Source: a virus. Taken from it: a stretch of DNA of 64,000 bases. The DNA is taken from positions 1 through 64,000 of the IMG/VR virus record IMGVR_UViG_3300032116_000088. One strand, written 5' to 3'. Below are positions 1-9,217 of the stretch, in pieces. The translations under genes were made by a program, and so were the position numbers. The first letter of the stretch is position 1. Each line of letters begins with the position of its first letter. The notes under the pieces are model-generated. The model was not told where the DNA came from. It ran no database searches and saw only the letters and a program-made list of their open reading frames with translations.

Positions 1-13
1 CGAAAGGAAAACC

Positions 14-448
14 ATGCCAGAAGCAATCTATATTGAACCATTCCCTAAAGCAAAACGTGGTGACGAATTTAAGAACATGGCTTCTTACCGTACAAACCCA
101 CACCGTGGAGTTGACTGGTCCGTACCATCAAAAACACCAATTAAAGCAATTACTGGTGGAACCGTTATGGAGACCGGTTGGACCGATGTTCTAGGAAATA
201 TCCTAGTCCAATCAACTTACGACAAGCACTTTATTCTATACGCACACCTAGCAGAACCTAGCCCACTAAAGCAAGGCGACAAAGTTGTTGCAGGTGAAAC
301 CGTAATTGGTAGAGTTGGTGGAGGTAAAGACACCCCATCAGGAACTGCATCTACCGGTGCTCACCTTCACGTTACTTATGGTGTAGTAAAGAATCTCGTA
401 ACAGCTCCGATGGATAAGCTACGCGACCTTTGGGCAAGATTTAAGTAA
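14..448 (+). CDS. M23-family peptidase, probable endolysin (catalytic domain only)
   Basis: HRGVD (HxxxD), LYAHL and AHLH (HxH) zinc motifs; SD AAAGGA upstream. Confidence 0.85.
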   Translation: MPEAIYIEPFPKAKRGDEFKNMASYRTNPHRGVDWSVPSKTPIKAITGGTVMETGWTDVLGNILVQSTYDKHFILYAHLAEPSPLKQGDKVVAGETVIGRVGGGKDTPSGTASTGAHLHVTYGVVKNLVTAPMDKLRDLWARFK

Positions 449-564
449 TGCAAGGTTCACTAGGACATCCGGCTCTTAGCTCCAAGATAACTTGGGGCGG
501 AGGCGGCCGTCCCGTTGGAGAAGGATTTGGTGGAGGATACCGAATCAAAAAGGGTCTAAAATAA
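448..564 (+). CDS. 38-aa Gly-rich micro-ORF (MQGSLGHPALSSKITWGGGGRPVGEGFGGGYRIKKGLK), not in ORF track
   Basis: TAATG overlap with endolysin stop; fills the gap up to the next gene. Confidence 0.5.
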   Translation: MQGSLGHPALSSKITWGGGGRPVGEGFGGGYRIKKGLK

Positions 565-565
565 A

Positions 566-913
566 ATGAATGAAATAGCCTTATATTGGGCCGCAGGCAT
601 AATAACCGTTCTAACCGCCGTTGGAATGATTTGGAGGCTCCTAAAGCCCGTCTGTGACCGTATACATGCCCTTATGGACGGCTGGGACAACTTTATTCGA
701 GATTGGGCGGGAGAACCGGCTGAACCTGGTCGTTCCGCCGTGCCAGGTGTCATGGAGCGCTTGAACCGTATTGACGGTGAATTGAAGCGTAACGGCGGAA
801 CTTCCATGAAAGACGCTATTACTAGGGTTGAAAAGAAGTTAGAGCAGATTGATGCTAGACTCGAAGATGGAAATAAAAGATTTGAAAATCTTGAGGAAAA
901 AATAAATGGCTAG
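566..913 (+). CDS. Membrane protein, holin-like (N-terminal TM helix + coiled coil)
   Basis: Hydrophobic YWAAGIITVLTAVGMIW; next to endolysin. Confidence 0.55.
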   Translation: MNEIALYWAAGIITVLTAVGMIWRLLKPVCDRIHALMDGWDNFIRDWAGEPAEPGRSAVPGVMERLNRIDGELKRNGGTSMKDAITRVEKKLEQIDARLEDGNKRFENLEEKING

Positions 914-1640
914 TGGACCTAGAACCGTTGGATTTACAATGGGTACCGGAAGGATGGACCTTGGTCGCCTGGCAGGTAGGTCTTCAGTAGGCACAGTAGG
1001 AAGGCGCTTTTTAAAATGGAATCCTGAAGTAACTAAAGGATTAGGGCAACAACAAGCAGAAAACTGGGACAGAATGAAGAGGACTCGTCCTCTTTTATTG
1101 GTAAATCGTAAATTAATTGATACTCAGCATAATAACGACATGTATCGTATTGCTGGTGGTGGACTTGGTCCTGGGGGCTTCTTTGGAAAGTCAAGTCGTG
1201 AAAGCGGAACAAGAGTAAAACCCCGTATCAGCTTTGTTAAAGACCCTGTAACAGGAAAAATTGTTCCTGAAAGAAAAGCTAGAACTTTTCAAAAAAGTAA
1301 TGTTCCTTGGAGACCAGAACTTCCTGTTGGAAAGCCTACTGCAGATATGCCACCAATGAGCGTAAGAGGGTCTGGGGGAAGAATGGCAGCTAATCCTGCT
1401 TATGCTGCTTGGAAGGGTGAAAGACTTGAGTATAACAGTGCTTTATCTAGGCAGCAACAATTACAGCCAAATAATCCAGTTATTCAAACTATTCAGCCAG
1501 TAAAAGAAAATACAACTTCAAGATATCCTGGTGTTCCTACAAGATACTATGTTCCTAGAGGCGGAGGTCAGAATATGACTCTTGGACCAGTAAAAAATCC
1601 TGCAACAGGAAAAACAAACCCGTTTATGCAGGTTGCTTAA
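906..1640 (+). CDS. Hypothetical basic Arg/Gly/Pro-rich protein
   Basis: 244-aa ORF overlapping the upstream stop; SD GAGGA. Confidence 0.6.
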   Translation: MASGPRTVGFTMGTGRMDLGRLAGRSSVGTVGRRFLKWNPEVTKGLGQQQAENWDRMKRTRPLLLVNRKLIDTQHNNDMYRIAGGGLGPGGFFGKSSRESGTRVKPRISFVKDPVTGKIVPERKARTFQKSNVPWRPELPVGKPTADMPPMSVRGSGGRMAANPAYAAWKGERLEYNSALSRQQQLQPNNPVIQTIQPVKENTTSRYPGVPTRYYVPRGGGQNMTLGPVKNPATGKTNPFMQVA

Positions 1641-1647
1641 TTTAGGC

Positions 1648-1681
1648 TGAAAAAATATCTAAAATACTGCAATCTAGTATT
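1648..1681 (+). promoter_or_regulatory. Candidate late promoter, TGAA-N18-CAATCTAG
   Basis: Same bipartite motif and spacing at 5795 and 10924. Confidence 0.45.
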
Positions 1682-1703
1682 AGACTTAAAGAAGGGTGGG
1701 CCC

Positions 1704-1946
1704 ATGCCTCTCATTCGTAAGTTTGCTGTTCAGGGACATGCCGTTCCTAACAGCGTAACCTATCCTCGTGGACCATTCCCACCTGAGATTTTCGCGCAGA
1801 ATCCCAGGGCAGAAGAAAACTTTCCCGATTCGGACTCCTTACATGAATCTTTTGACGACATCCGTCTATTTAGATGCAAGTATTGTTCAGACGTACTTTA
1901 CGAGGAAGAATTAAACACTCATGATTGCAATCAGGAAGAAGAATAA
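1704..1946 (+). CDS. Small zinc-finger-like protein
   Basis: C-terminal CKYC...HDC. Confidence 0.6.
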   Translation: MPLIRKFAVQGHAVPNSVTYPRGPFPPEIFAQNPRAEENFPDSDSLHESFDDIRLFRCKYCSDVLYEEELNTHDCNQEEE

Positions 1947-1948
1947 AA

Positions 1949-2626
1949 ATGGCAACAAATAACAATGGAAACCTGCTCGATGATGCAGGAAACGTAGTCG
2001 TTGACTTCGTATGGGGTAACTTCCCTCTACAGCCAAACGACGTACGTGAGGATGGAAAGCGTCTAGACTTTGCTCTAGATAATCACGTAATCGCACAAAC
2101 CGGTTGGAACGGCTACCCACTATACGTTCCAAACACTGACGGTGCGGCAATTGAAGGCGACAGCCCAGCAGACGGAATTCAGGCAGACGAAATCTTTATC
2201 GTTGTACCTAACGTTCTTGGTCAGACCACCGCTTTGGCTACCGACGCCCTTAAGGACGCAGGTTACACCACTGTAACCGTAGCGACCGCTGCTACTAACG
2301 CTAACAAGAGCATTACCGACATTGACCGTACTGCTGGAAGCAAGGAAGTTACTATCACCGCAACTGGTGCAGTAGCCGCTTACCCAGTTGGTACTAAGAT
2401 TACTATTGCTAGCACTGGCACCGTTGACGGTACTTGGACTGTAACTGGCGCAGTAAGCACCAACCAGGTTAAGTTCCAGTCTAACGCTACTACCGAGCTA
2501 ACTTCCGGTACTGGTGTTGTATTCGGTGCTGTTGGTACTGTTAAGACTCAGTCTACTGCTGCTGGAGCCGCAAGCATTGCTGCTGGTGGAACTATCACCA
2601 TTACTCCTTGGGCTGCAAATAGCTAA
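1949..2626 (+). CDS. Probable virion protein with a split PASTA-like domain and an inserted beta-module
   Basis: VVPNVLGQTTALATDALKDAG...VKTQS..AG...TITIT PASTA pattern; codon usage like the capsid gene; start refined to ATG 1949. Confidence 0.6.
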   Translation: MATNNNGNLLDDAGNVVVDFVWGNFPLQPNDVREDGKRLDFALDNHVIAQTGWNGYPLYVPNTDGAAIEGDSPADGIQADEIFIVVPNVLGQTTALATDALKDAGYTTVTVATAATNANKSITDIDRTAGSKEVTITATGAVAAYPVGTKITIASTGTVDGTWTVTGAVSTNQVKFQSNATTELTSGTGVVFGAVGTVKTQSTAAGAASIAAGGTITITPWAANS

Positions 2627-2645
2627 GAATACTCAGGTTAAATAA

Positions 2646-3650
2646 ATGGCTGAACGCCTGAACTCTAGTAATCAGAGCAGATATGCTTTGAAGAGTTCGG
2701 GCGTTCAGGCATTTGACCCTGTTGGAGCACAACTTGGTGCAAGTAATCGTACTATGCGTCAAATATCAGAATATATGGATATTGACACAATTAGAGAAGC
2801 TTTAGAATTAGCTGGTGAAGAGTACGACGAACGAGGCTTTCTTGGTGGATTATCTTCAGAGACTACTGCAGCTAGACAAGCTGAAATTCAAGAAGCTATA
2901 TTTAATATAAATAACACACAATTTAAAAATGCTCAACTTGTTAGAGAGCTATACGGGGGACCAGAGCAGTCTCCTGAATTATATAAAAAAGACCCTTTTG
3001 GAATTGTAACTCCTTACGCATACGAAAAAGGGTTAACTGCTTCTGATTATCTTGGAACTGGGTATGAAAGTCCAGAAAGAACTCAAGGTAAAAGAAAAGG
3101 GTGGACGTTTAAAGGTGTGGCAGTAGCCCCTTCTGCGTTATCAGACCTTCCTACTTCAACAACAAACTGGAGACGTCCTAGAACAGTAGCTGCGGGGTAT
3201 GACTATAACCCAGATACAGATACTGGAATAATTACAGTTGTGTTTCGTGATGGAACCTTTTATAATTATTATGATGTTCCTCCTTCTGTTTGGATTCAGT
3301 TTCATGATTCCTTCTCAAAAGGACCGATGCTAAACCGTAAAAGTAAAAACGGTAAACAAGCTATAGATGGAAAACTTCTATCGTATAAACACGGTCCTGC
3401 AGATATGAGTAACTTAAGCCCAACAGCACAAGAGTTCCTCTACAAAGTAGCTAGAACAGTTCAAATTTATAATAGAGAAGCAAAAGCTAGAATAAATAAA
3501 GCAACTGGTGAAGTCTACAAATACAGAGGCAGACCAACTGCTGGGTCCCCTCAAAATGCTAGAGTTAAACGTAAACGTAATTTAAATGTGGCTGCTAAAA
3601 AAAGCGGTTACAATCCCAACAGAAATGCGGGAAAACAAAGAAAACCATAA
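2646..3650 (+). CDS. KTSC-domain protein
   Basis: AAGYD...VVFRDGTFYNYYDVPPSVW..F..S.SKG matches KTSC; basic C-tail. Confidence 0.75.
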   Translation: MAERLNSSNQSRYALKSSGVQAFDPVGAQLGASNRTMRQISEYMDIDTIREALELAGEEYDERGFLGGLSSETTAARQAEIQEAIFNINNTQFKNAQLVRELYGGPEQSPELYKKDPFGIVTPYAYEKGLTASDYLGTGYESPERTQGKRKGWTFKGVAVAPSALSDLPTSTTNWRRPRTVAAGYDYNPDTDTGIITVVFRDGTFYNYYDVPPSVWIQFHDSFSKGPMLNRKSKNGKQAIDGKLLSYKHGPADMSNLSPTAQEFLYKVARTVQIYNREAKARINKATGEVYKYRGRPTAGSPQNARVKRKRNLNVAAKKSGYNPNRNAGKQRKP

Positions 3651-3657
3651 GGAATGT

Positions 3658-3978
3658 ATGCCACGGACACACAACATCGGAACTAAAATATTTGTACAGT
3701 TTATTGACTTTCCAGTAAAATGGGGATATAAACTGGTAGTAAGAGGATGGACTCAAGAAATTAAATTCCCATTTCGCACAGCCCAACCTTTTATATTCAG
3801 AATGCCATTTCATAAAGCTTTTGTTTTTGGATGGTGGACTGGAAATCAACCGGATGAAGAAACCGCACTAAATAACGCTATGCAAGGACGTGTACTAAAA
3901 GATGAAGATTTTGAAAAAGGGTGGACTCCGCCAGCCTACAAAAATGGAGAAAAGGGTGTCTGGGATTGGGACGCCTGA
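3658..3978 (+). CDS. Hypothetical protein
   Basis: ORF; SD AAGGA before ATG 3658. Confidence 0.6.
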   Translation: MPRTHNIGTKIFVQFIDFPVKWGYKLVVRGWTQEIKFPFRTAQPFIFRMPFHKAFVFGWWTGNQPDEETALNNAMQGRVLKDEDFEKGWTPPAYKNGEKGVWDWDA

Positions 3979-4129
3979 TTTAATTATGTGGGCAGAAAAC
4001 GCTCTGTTTGTTATTGGAAAAGAAGTTACCCATCACCAAAGAACCAAATCGCAGGATTCTTTAGATGAGGCACTTCTAGGAGCCGAAGCTTTGGTAGCAA
4101 TAATTAAAGAATTGCAAAAGAGGTTATAG
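3902..4129 (+). CDS. Hypothetical helical protein immediately upstream of TerL
   Basis: Stop overlaps the TerL start; start uncertain (3902 or 3944). Confidence 0.55.
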   Translation: MKILKKGGLRQPTKMEKRVSGIGTPDLIMWAENALFVIGKEVTHHQRTKSQDSLDEALLGAEALVAIIKELQKRL

Positions 4130-5778
4130 TGAATTCCGAAGATGAAGAATATGAATACGAAGAATACGAGGACCCAGCTTGGGCTTTAGATGATGAAGAA
4201 GAGGAAGAAAGTCAATTTGAAGAAATTGACCCATCTTTTTATAGAAACTTAGACGAAGAAGATGGCACTTACTTCGAAGAAGAAGAAGAGGATGTTTTTT
4301 CTCAAGATTTCATCGACCGACTTATAGACAAAATAATGCAGTTTATGGATGGCTTAGTAGGCCACCCCTTGCATGATTACCAACAGCCTTTAGCTAGACG
4401 AATAATAGAAGCAGTTTTAATTGGCAAAGGTGATGAAATTACTGCTCTAGCATCACGTCAGTCAGGAAAATCTGAAACAATCGCTAACACAGTAGCCACT
4501 CTTATGGTACTTTTACCTAAACTTTCTATATTATATCCAGAACTTTTAGATAAATATAAAAATGGAATTTGGGTAGGATTATTTGCTCCAACAGAGGGTC
4601 AGGCTGAAACTTTGTTTGGTAGGACTGTAAGTAGATTAACTTCTGAAAGAGCATTAGAGCTTTTGGGTGACCCTGAAATCGATGACCAAGCCGCTAAAAT
4701 TGGTGGTGTAACAAGAATGGTTCGACTAAAAAATTCAGGCAGTAGCATTACCATGATGACTGCTAACCCAAGAGCTAAAATTGAATCTAAGTCGTTTCAT
4801 TTAATTGTTATTGATGAGTGTCAAGAAGCAGACGACTTTGTAGTTTCTAAATCTATTGCACCTATGCTTGCATATTATGCAGGTATTATGGTTAAAACAG
4901 GAACACCAACTACAAGTAAAAATAACTTTTATAGAGCTATCCAACTTAACAAAAGACTTCAAACCGAAAGAGGAAGACGTCAAAACCATTTCCAATGGGA
5001 CTGGAAAGATGTTTCAAAAGTAAACCCCAACTATAAAACATTTATTAAACAAGAAATGCTTCGTATTGGAGAAGACTCAGATGAGTTCCAAATGTCGTAT
5101 AACTGTAAATGGCTACTGGAACGAGGTATGTTTGTTAGCAGTTCAGTTCTAGATGAACTAGGAGATACTTCTCAAGAACTTGTAAAAGTCTGGCACAAAA
5201 CTCCTGTTGTAGTAGGTATTGACCCAGCTCGTAAAATGGACTCTACCGTGGTGACTGTAGTATGGGTAGACTGGGATAGGCCCGATGAGTTTGGATATTT
5301 TGACCATAGAATTCTTAATTGGCTAGAAATACAGGGAGATGACTGGGAAGAGCAGTACTTCCAAATAGTTAACTTTCTTTCAAATTATGACGTTCTTGCT
5401 GTTGGAGTAGACGCAAACGGTGTTGGTGACGCAGTAGCCCAACGTCTTAAGCTTCTCTTAGGTAGGTCAGAGGTATTTTCTTTAACTTCATCTCAAACCG
5501 AGCAGTCTAAAAGATTTAAGCATCTTCAAGCTTTAATTCAAAGAAGAATGCTAAGCTATCCAAATCACGCTAAAACTAGACGCCTTAGAATTCACAAGAG
5601 GTTTGTTCAGCAAATGACAGACGTAGAAATTAAGTATAAGGGACCTAACTTTATTGTTGAAGCTCCTACTGAAACCTACGCACATGACGACTTTGTTGAC
5701 TCTTTGGCTATTGCTTGCTCTTTAACACAAGAGTTAGTCATGCCAGAGGTAGAAATAAGTAATTCAGCTTTTTTCTAA
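4129..5778 (+). CDS. terL: Terminase large subunit
   Basis: Walker A ASRQSGKS, Walker B IVIDECQ, TGTP coupling motif, nuclease GIDPA...HDDFVDS; acidic N-terminal extension. Confidence 0.93.
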   Translation: MNSEDEEYEYEEYEDPAWALDDEEEEESQFEEIDPSFYRNLDEEDGTYFEEEEEDVFSQDFIDRLIDKIMQFMDGLVGHPLHDYQQPLARRIIEAVLIGKGDEITALASRQSGKSETIANTVATLMVLLPKLSILYPELLDKYKNGIWVGLFAPTEGQAETLFGRTVSRLTSERALELLGDPEIDDQAAKIGGVTRMVRLKNSGSSITMMTANPRAKIESKSFHLIVIDECQEADDFVVSKSIAPMLAYYAGIMVKTGTPTTSKNNFYRAIQLNKRLQTERGRRQNHFQWDWKDVSKVNPNYKTFIKQEMLRIGEDSDEFQMSYNCKWLLERGMFVSSSVLDELGDTSQELVKVWHKTPVVVGIDPARKMDSTVVTVVWVDWDRPDEFGYFDHRILNWLEIQGDDWEEQYFQIVNFLSNYDVLAVGVDANGVGDAVAQRLKLLLGRSEVFSLTSSQTEQSKRFKHLQALIQRRMLSYPNHAKTRRLRIHKRFVQQMTDVEIKYKGPNFIVEAPTETYAHDDFVDSLAIACSLTQELVMPEVEISNSAFF

Positions 5779-5794
5779 ATTTTCGAGTTAACTA

Positions 5795-5828
5795 TGAAAA
5801 ATTTCAAGAAAACAGCCAAACTAGATAT
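5795..5828 (+). promoter_or_regulatory. Candidate late promoter, TGAA-N18-CAAACTAG
   Basis: Shared motif and spacing with 1648 and 10924. Confidence 0.45.
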
Positions 5829-5870
5829 TGGAAATACTAGTTCTTTTCCATTCCAAATTAAGGAGTCCCC

Positions 5871-6266
5871 ATGGGTCTAGCACCACAACCACAATTCCCT
5901 GAGCGTGCACCTCAGACTTACGAAATGAAGATGTCCGGCAATCCAGAGCGACGCGGCCCACTTCGTTTCGAAGAGGGTGTAGCTACAGACACTGACGTTC
6001 CTAACGATTTCCAAAAGGGAATCATGAGTGGCTTTGCTGCTGCTCCAGGCCGTCCAAACCGTAACGCACCAGTATGGCAGAAGCCAGCTGCTGAAACCCT
6101 ATCAGAGCGTGCGCACGTAGGTTCTGCTGCATGGATTGAAGCCCCGACTTTCCTTGGTGAATTTGCACATGGTTCATTCTCGAACAATGCTGAGCAAGTT
6201 ATTGAAACTAAGGTTGTTACTGGCGGACGTATGATGCGTCTAAATCCAACAGTAGTAAACGACTAA
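5871..6266 (+). CDS. Hypothetical protein, probably virion-associated
   Basis: Strong SD AAGGAG; capsid-like codon usage; between TerL and portal. Confidence 0.7.
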   Translation: MGLAPQPQFPERAPQTYEMKMSGNPERRGPLRFEEGVATDTDVPNDFQKGIMSGFAAAPGRPNRNAPVWQKPAAETLSERAHVGSAAWIEAPTFLGEFAHGSFSNNAEQVIETKVVTGGRMMRLNPTVVND

Positions 6267-6276
6267 TTAGGGATTT

Positions 6277-6310
6277 GAAGGACCCCGGCCCGCAAGGGCT
6301 GGGTGCCTTC
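6277..6310 (+). other. GC-rich stem-loop with GCAA tetraloop, no U-tract
   Basis: GAAGGACCCCGGCCC-GCAA-GGGCTGGGTGCCTTC. Confidence 0.7.
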
Positions 6311-6325
6311 TACTAGAGGAGAAAT

Positions 6326-6568
6326 ATGGCAGACGTCCCAACAAATGAAAAGCTTTATGCTATGGTGGTAACACAGGCTAAAGCTAAATACCGCATTTAT
6401 CCTAGCCCAGGTGCCTCGCACTGGGTTCATCGTCGGTATCTTGAACTTGGTGGGAAGTATGTTGATTCTGAAGAAATTGCAGAGCGTAAGAGAATGATTG
6501 CTGCTTGGCGTGAAAGAAAAGCCAAAATTAGAGGTAATCGTGATGAAGACAAGAAGGATAGTAAGTAA
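6326..6568 (+). CDS. Small basic protein, DUF5872-like
   Basis: PTNEKLY...AKAKY..YPS...WV.RRY..LGGKY; resembles ORF 20441..20641. Confidence 0.55.
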   Translation: MADVPTNEKLYAMVVTQAKAKYRIYPSPGASHWVHRRYLELGGKYVDSEEIAERKRMIAAWRERKAKIRGNRDEDKKDSK

Positions 6569-8298
6569 TGTCATTTCTTGACTTTTCTCCACCCAGCTAT
6601 AGGGCATCATCTTCCGACTTAACTATTTCTATCTCTCCTCTTGGTCTAGTAGAGCTGGCTGATGAAGAGTTTGAGGTTCACGGTCCTCGTCTAAACCGTT
6701 ATAGCCTTAACTGGGCTATGTATCTTGGCCATCACTGGGGGTATCGTCGTGAACAAGGTGAAATGCAAATTTCCCTTAATTACTACAGAGCTTTTATTGA
6801 TTACCTATCTAGATTTACTTTTGGTAACGGAGTCCACTTCCGTTCCCCTAAAGCCACTGAGGCTATTATTCCTGACCGTCTTGAAAGAGTATGGGAAGTA
6901 GATAATAATAAGCAAAGAGTTTTATTTGAAATGGCTCAGCTCGGAGGTATCACAGGAGACTGCTTTGTTAAAATAGCTTATGAAGAAGCGTGGGAAGATG
7001 CTATTGGGCGTTTTCATCCAGGACGTGTTCGTATTCTCCCATTAAACTCTGCCTTCTGTTTTCCAGAGTTTCATCCGCACGACCGTGAAAGACTTCTTAG
7101 ATTTAAACAAAAGTACCGCTTCTGGGGAACTTCTCTAGAGGGTACCCGCCAGGTATTTACTTACACTGAAATTCTTACAGATGATGTTATTGAGGAATAC
7201 ATTAATGATGAACTTATCGATTCTCGCCCTAATCCTTTGGGCCAGATTCCAGTGGTTCATATTCCAAACATTCCGGTTTCTGGCTCTCCTTGGGGTCTAT
7301 CAGACGCCCATGATATTATTACTATTAACCGTTCTTATAATGAAATTGCTACCGATATTGCAGACATCATTAACTACCATGCTGCACCTGTAACAGTTAT
7401 TGTTGGTGCAAAAGCCTCTAATCTTGAAAAAGGTGCCAAAAAGGTTTGGGGTGGTCTTCCAAAAGATGCCCAGGTATTTAACCTTGAAGGTGGAGGAAGC
7501 GGTATTTCAGGGGCATTGCAGTATCTAGAAACTCTGAAGCGTTCAATGCATGAAATTATGAACATTCCAGAGACTGCTCTTGGTCAAGCGCAGCCCATAT
7601 CCAATACCTCTGGTGTTGCTCTTTCTATTCAGTTCCAGCCTTTAATGAACCGTTATGCCCAAAAGAAAGCTCAATATGGCAAGGGGTTAGAAAGAATTAA
7701 TGAACTTGTTATATTAAACTTAGCGATTAAAGAACCAGAAACTATGGTTTATAATCCAGAAGAAGATGGACCAATTAAACAGGGACAGCTTCCCCAACTT
7801 GACCCTAATGACCCAATTACTTTTAGAAACTATGTTCATTTTGAACCACCTCTACCTCTAGATAAACTAGTTCTTTTGAATGAACTTCAGCAGAGAATGT
7901 CTATGGGACTTGAATCTAAAGAAGGTGCTCTCCGTGCTTTGGGTGAAGAATTCCCTGAAGAGAAGCTTCAAGAAATTCGTGTTGAACTTATGGACGATGC
8001 TAAGGCAGAAGGTGCCCTTAACCTTGTCAAGGCTCAAATTCAAAAACAACTTATGGACTTAACTGGTATGATGGTTGCCCCAGACGGCTCAGCCACCCCT
8101 ATGGACCCAATGATGATGGGTAATGGGGATGTCATGGGAGACGGTCAACTAGGCCCTCAAGGCTCAGGAGTAGCAGGTCAGGCAGATGCTCAAATCGCTG
8201 ACATGCAATTCCAAGCCGAAAATGAGATAAGAAATACTTTGGTAACTGAAGCGTATGGAACACAACTTCCTGCTCGTAGAACAGTTGACAAAGAATAA
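6568..8298 (+). CDS. Portal protein (SPP1 gp6-like)
   Basis: Position between TerL and scaffold; NPLGQIPVVHIPN, WGLSD, SNTSGVAL motifs; 576 aa. Confidence 0.9.
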   Translation: MSFLDFSPPSYRASSSDLTISISPLGLVELADEEFEVHGPRLNRYSLNWAMYLGHHWGYRREQGEMQISLNYYRAFIDYLSRFTFGNGVHFRSPKATEAIIPDRLERVWEVDNNKQRVLFEMAQLGGITGDCFVKIAYEEAWEDAIGRFHPGRVRILPLNSAFCFPEFHPHDRERLLRFKQKYRFWGTSLEGTRQVFTYTEILTDDVIEEYINDELIDSRPNPLGQIPVVHIPNIPVSGSPWGLSDAHDIITINRSYNEIATDIADIINYHAAPVTVIVGAKASNLEKGAKKVWGGLPKDAQVFNLEGGGSGISGALQYLETLKRSMHEIMNIPETALGQAQPISNTSGVALSIQFQPLMNRYAQKKAQYGKGLERINELVILNLAIKEPETMVYNPEEDGPIKQGQLPQLDPNDPITFRNYVHFEPPLPLDKLVLLNELQQRMSMGLESKEGALRALGEEFPEEKLQEIRVELMDDAKAEGALNLVKAQIQKQLMDLTGMMVAPDGSATPMDPMMMGNGDVMGDGQLGPQGSGVAGQADAQIADMQFQAENEIRNTLVTEAYGTQLPARRTVDKE

Positions 8299-8420
8299 TG
8301 TTTTATTTTAAGGCATTATTTAATTAGGTAACAAAATATAATAATGATGTTACTTAATAACTGACAAGGTCATGTGGCATTAATACGGAAAACGACCAAG
8401 AGAATGAAAAGAGATTAATA

Positions 8421-9179
8421 ATGGATGAAAACCTAGAGGTAGTAGAATCTACTGAACCAACTATCGACACAGTTTTTTCTGAGGAGGTAACTTTGCAGAA
8501 CCAGTTCACAGCTGAAGATATTGCTAAGGCACGTGCACAGGAAAAGGCAAAGCTTTACCCACAGGTAGAGAAACTGCAAGAAGAACTTGCTGCTCTTAAG
8601 AAAGAGCGCGAGGAGCGTGAAGCCCTAGAGGCTGAGCGTATGGCAAAACGTCAGGCTCGTGAAGCTGAGCGTGCTGCTGAAAAGAAAAAGCAGGAAGAAT
8701 CAGAACTAGAGGTTCGTGAGCTTCTTAGCAAAAAGGAACAAGAATGGGCTGCAAAGCTAGAGGCTGAGCGCCTAGAACGCGAGAAGGCATTTGCCCTTCT
8801 AGAGCGTGAGCGTGAATTCCAGGAGCTATCGGCATACCGCCAACAGCGCCTAGACCAAGAACGCGACAATATCATTCCGGAACTTATTGACCTAATTTCT
8901 GGAAATTCCCGCGATGAAATAGAGCAGAGCATCGCTGGTCTTAAAGAACGTTCTGCGAAAATCTTCGACTCTGTTGCGCAAGTTGCACAGCAAAGTCGCA
9001 AGGAAATGGTGGGAACCCGTATCACGGTTCCTGCTTCTGGACCCCTCGACAACGACTCGGACTCACGTACGTTTTCGCCTGATGACTTGAAAAAGATGTC
9101 AATGGATGAATATGCGAAGAATCGTGCCAAGCTTCTTGGCAATAGCAATAACCGTGGACAGGGATTGTTCGGTAATTAA
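8421..9179 (+). CDS. Capsid scaffolding protein
   Basis: Glu/Arg coiled coil ending MSMDEYAKNRAKL; directly before the capsid gene. Confidence 0.8.
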   Translation: MDENLEVVESTEPTIDTVFSEEVTLQNQFTAEDIAKARAQEKAKLYPQVEKLQEELAALKKEREEREALEAERMAKRQAREAERAAEKKKQEESELEVRELLSKKEQEWAAKLEAERLEREKAFALLEREREFQELSAYRQQRLDQERDNIIPELIDLISGNSRDEIEQSIAGLKERSAKIFDSVAQVAQQSRKEMVGTRITVPASGPLDNDSDSRTFSPDDLKKMSMDEYAKNRAKLLGNSNNRGQGLFGN

Positions 9180-9217
9180 CAACCTAATCTAACGACCGCT
9201 TCTGAAAGGAGCAAAAA

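Noticed and set aside
6267-6325. tRNA or other known ncRNA at the GC-rich hairpin
   Set aside because: Single stem-loop only, no cloverleaf or T/D-loop motifs; no tRNA or tmRNA recognised in any intergenic gap
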